Origin: Chloroflexi bacterium RBG_16_57_11 | GTDB lineage: Bacteria > Chloroflexota > Anaerolineae > Anaerolineales > UBA4823 | NCBI GenBank assembly: GCA_001795165.1 | Contig: MGNS01000150.1 | Coordinates: 49,114-85,498, forward strand | Length of the DNA: 36,385 bases | Reading direction: 5' to 3' | Part shown: positions 35,633-36,385 of the stretch, piece after piece | How positions within the stretch are numbered: position 1 is the stretch's first letter | Layout: each line of letters starts with the position of its first letter | Position numbers and translations under genes: made by a program | The notes under the pieces: model-generated | Told to the model about the DNA's origin: nothing | Databases searched by the model: none | Seen by the model: the letters and a program-made list of their open reading frames with translations, nothing else

Positions 35633-36046
35633 ATGATTTCGGAATTGGCAGGCTACCGGGAGGTCGAGCACACTGCCGATTGGGAGCTGGAGGTATGGGC
35701 AACGGACATGCCAGGCTTGTTGGAGCAGGCCGCACGGGGCATGTCCCTTCTTTCCGGGATGAAATTATTTCCGGAGCCACGCCTTGTCCGCAGTCTGACC
35801 CTTCAAGCATTCGATTATGAAACCCTGATCGTAAAGTTTCTGTCTGAGCTGCTCTACTACGCCGAGCAGGAGGGGGTCGGGTTCGATAAATTTCAGCTTA
35901 ACATGGATGGCTATGACTTGCAGGCAGAGCTTGAGGGCGCCCCACTGGCATCGCTCGACAAGGAAATCAAAGCCGTCACCTTCCACCGCCTGGCAGTGCA
36001 TCAGACGGATGGCAAGCTCTGGATGAATGTTGTGTTCGACGTTTAA
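35633..36046 (+). CDS. Archease (RtcB activator)
   Basis: YREVEHTADWELEVWA N-terminal signature, 137 aa, and a C-terminal KAVTFHRLAV strand. Confidence 0.85.
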   Translation: MISELAGYREVEHTADWELEVWATDMPGLLEQAARGMSLLSGMKLFPEPRLVRSLTLQAFDYETLIVKFLSELLYYAEQEGVGFDKFQLNMDGYDLQAELEGAPLASLDKEIKAVTFHRLAVHQTDGKLWMNVVFDV

Positions 36047-36111
36047 GAGGGAAAAGGGGGGTACGGATCAGGGCAACAATCCCCGTTACCCTGATCAATG
36101 GAGGTAATCGA

Positions 36112-36385
36112 TGGTATCTCTACACGATCTACACCAGATCAGCCATTACGAGTGGGAGATTCCTAAATCCTATCGCCAGGATATGCGCGTGCCGGTGCGT
36201 ATCTTTGCCACGCGGCGGTTGCTCGAGAAAGTGCTGGATGATAAATCGCTAGACCAGGCGGTTAACTCTGCCACGCTGCCCGGGCTGGTTGGGTATGTAC
36301 TGGTCATGCCAGACATGCATCAGGGATATGGCTTCCCAATCGGCGGGGTAGCCGCGACGCGCTATCCGGATGGCGTGATATCACC
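36112..36385 (+). CDS. rtcB: RNA-splicing ligase RtcB, N-terminal part (runs off the window)
   Basis: GGAGG SD then ATG at 36112. [33 protein letters not shown]...[25 protein letters not shown] is the RtcB signature. It is absent from the ORF track because there is no stop in the window. Confidence 0.9.

Noticed and set aside
1-36385. Search for mobile-element hallmarks (transposase, integrase, long inverted or direct repeats) that could explain the mosaic EPS island
   Set aside because: No ORF shows DDE or tyrosine/serine recombinase motifs, and I saw no flanking repeats. The mosaicism rests only on the GC shift and the cysK relic.

Overview
The window reads as a contiguous bacterial chromosomal segment. 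My unverified guess, from gene content and protein flavour, is a Chloroflexota/Anaerolineae-like organism. I found no rRNA, tRNA, CRISPR array, transposase or integrase.

**Four blocks**
1. 1-17.5 kb: after a partial zinc alcohol dehydrogenase, a methyltransferase and a PilZ protein comes a roughly 16-kb, almost entirely minus-strand Wzx/Wzy-type exopolysaccharide island. It encodes a DegT aminotransferase, a sugar-1-P nucleotidyltransferase, an SDR epimerase, a phosphoglycosyl transferase, a FemAB/CelD-like protein with a Cys-rich partner, a GT4 glycosyltransferase, a Wzy-like polymerase, a membrane-anchored hydrolase-like protein, a MurJ/MOP flippase and a Wzc-type tyrosine autokinase. A plus-strand M28 peptidase gene sits inside the island. 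The island looks mosaic: it has a low-GC patch, a cysteine-synthase relic and an in-frame stop in the M28 gene.
2. 17.5-18.35 kb: an unusually long non-coding gap. It holds opposed terminator-like hairpins, a GGTGT microsatellite, paired palindromes, a perfect consensus promoter and a structured leader.
3. 18.35-22.3 kb: housekeeping genes rplU-rpmA-rpmE, tdk, hpt and cca.
4. 22.4-36.4 kb: first a signalling block (Zn-ribbon protein, CheY-like receiver, two soluble histidine kinases, OmpR regulator, small protein, lone CpaF ATPase, double-HTH protein, TPR protein). Then a GNAT acetyltransferase, an alpha/beta hydrolase, a DsbA-like protein and a PduO adenosyltransferase. Last is a tight Zn-ribbon/MoxR/VWA/archease/RtcB gene string.

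**Most interesting candidates**
- The MoxR-VWA module apparently co-operonic with archease-RtcB.
- An L31 ribosomal protein fused to an RNA polymerase alpha-CTD-like domain.
- A Wzc kinase with an exact 199-residue tandem duplication of its extracytoplasmic domain.
- A domain-permuted phosphoglycosyl transferase.
- A soluble histidine kinase carrying both MshEN-type c-di-GMP-binding motifs, next to an orphan CpaF.

All functional calls rest on motif recognition by eye. No database search was run.
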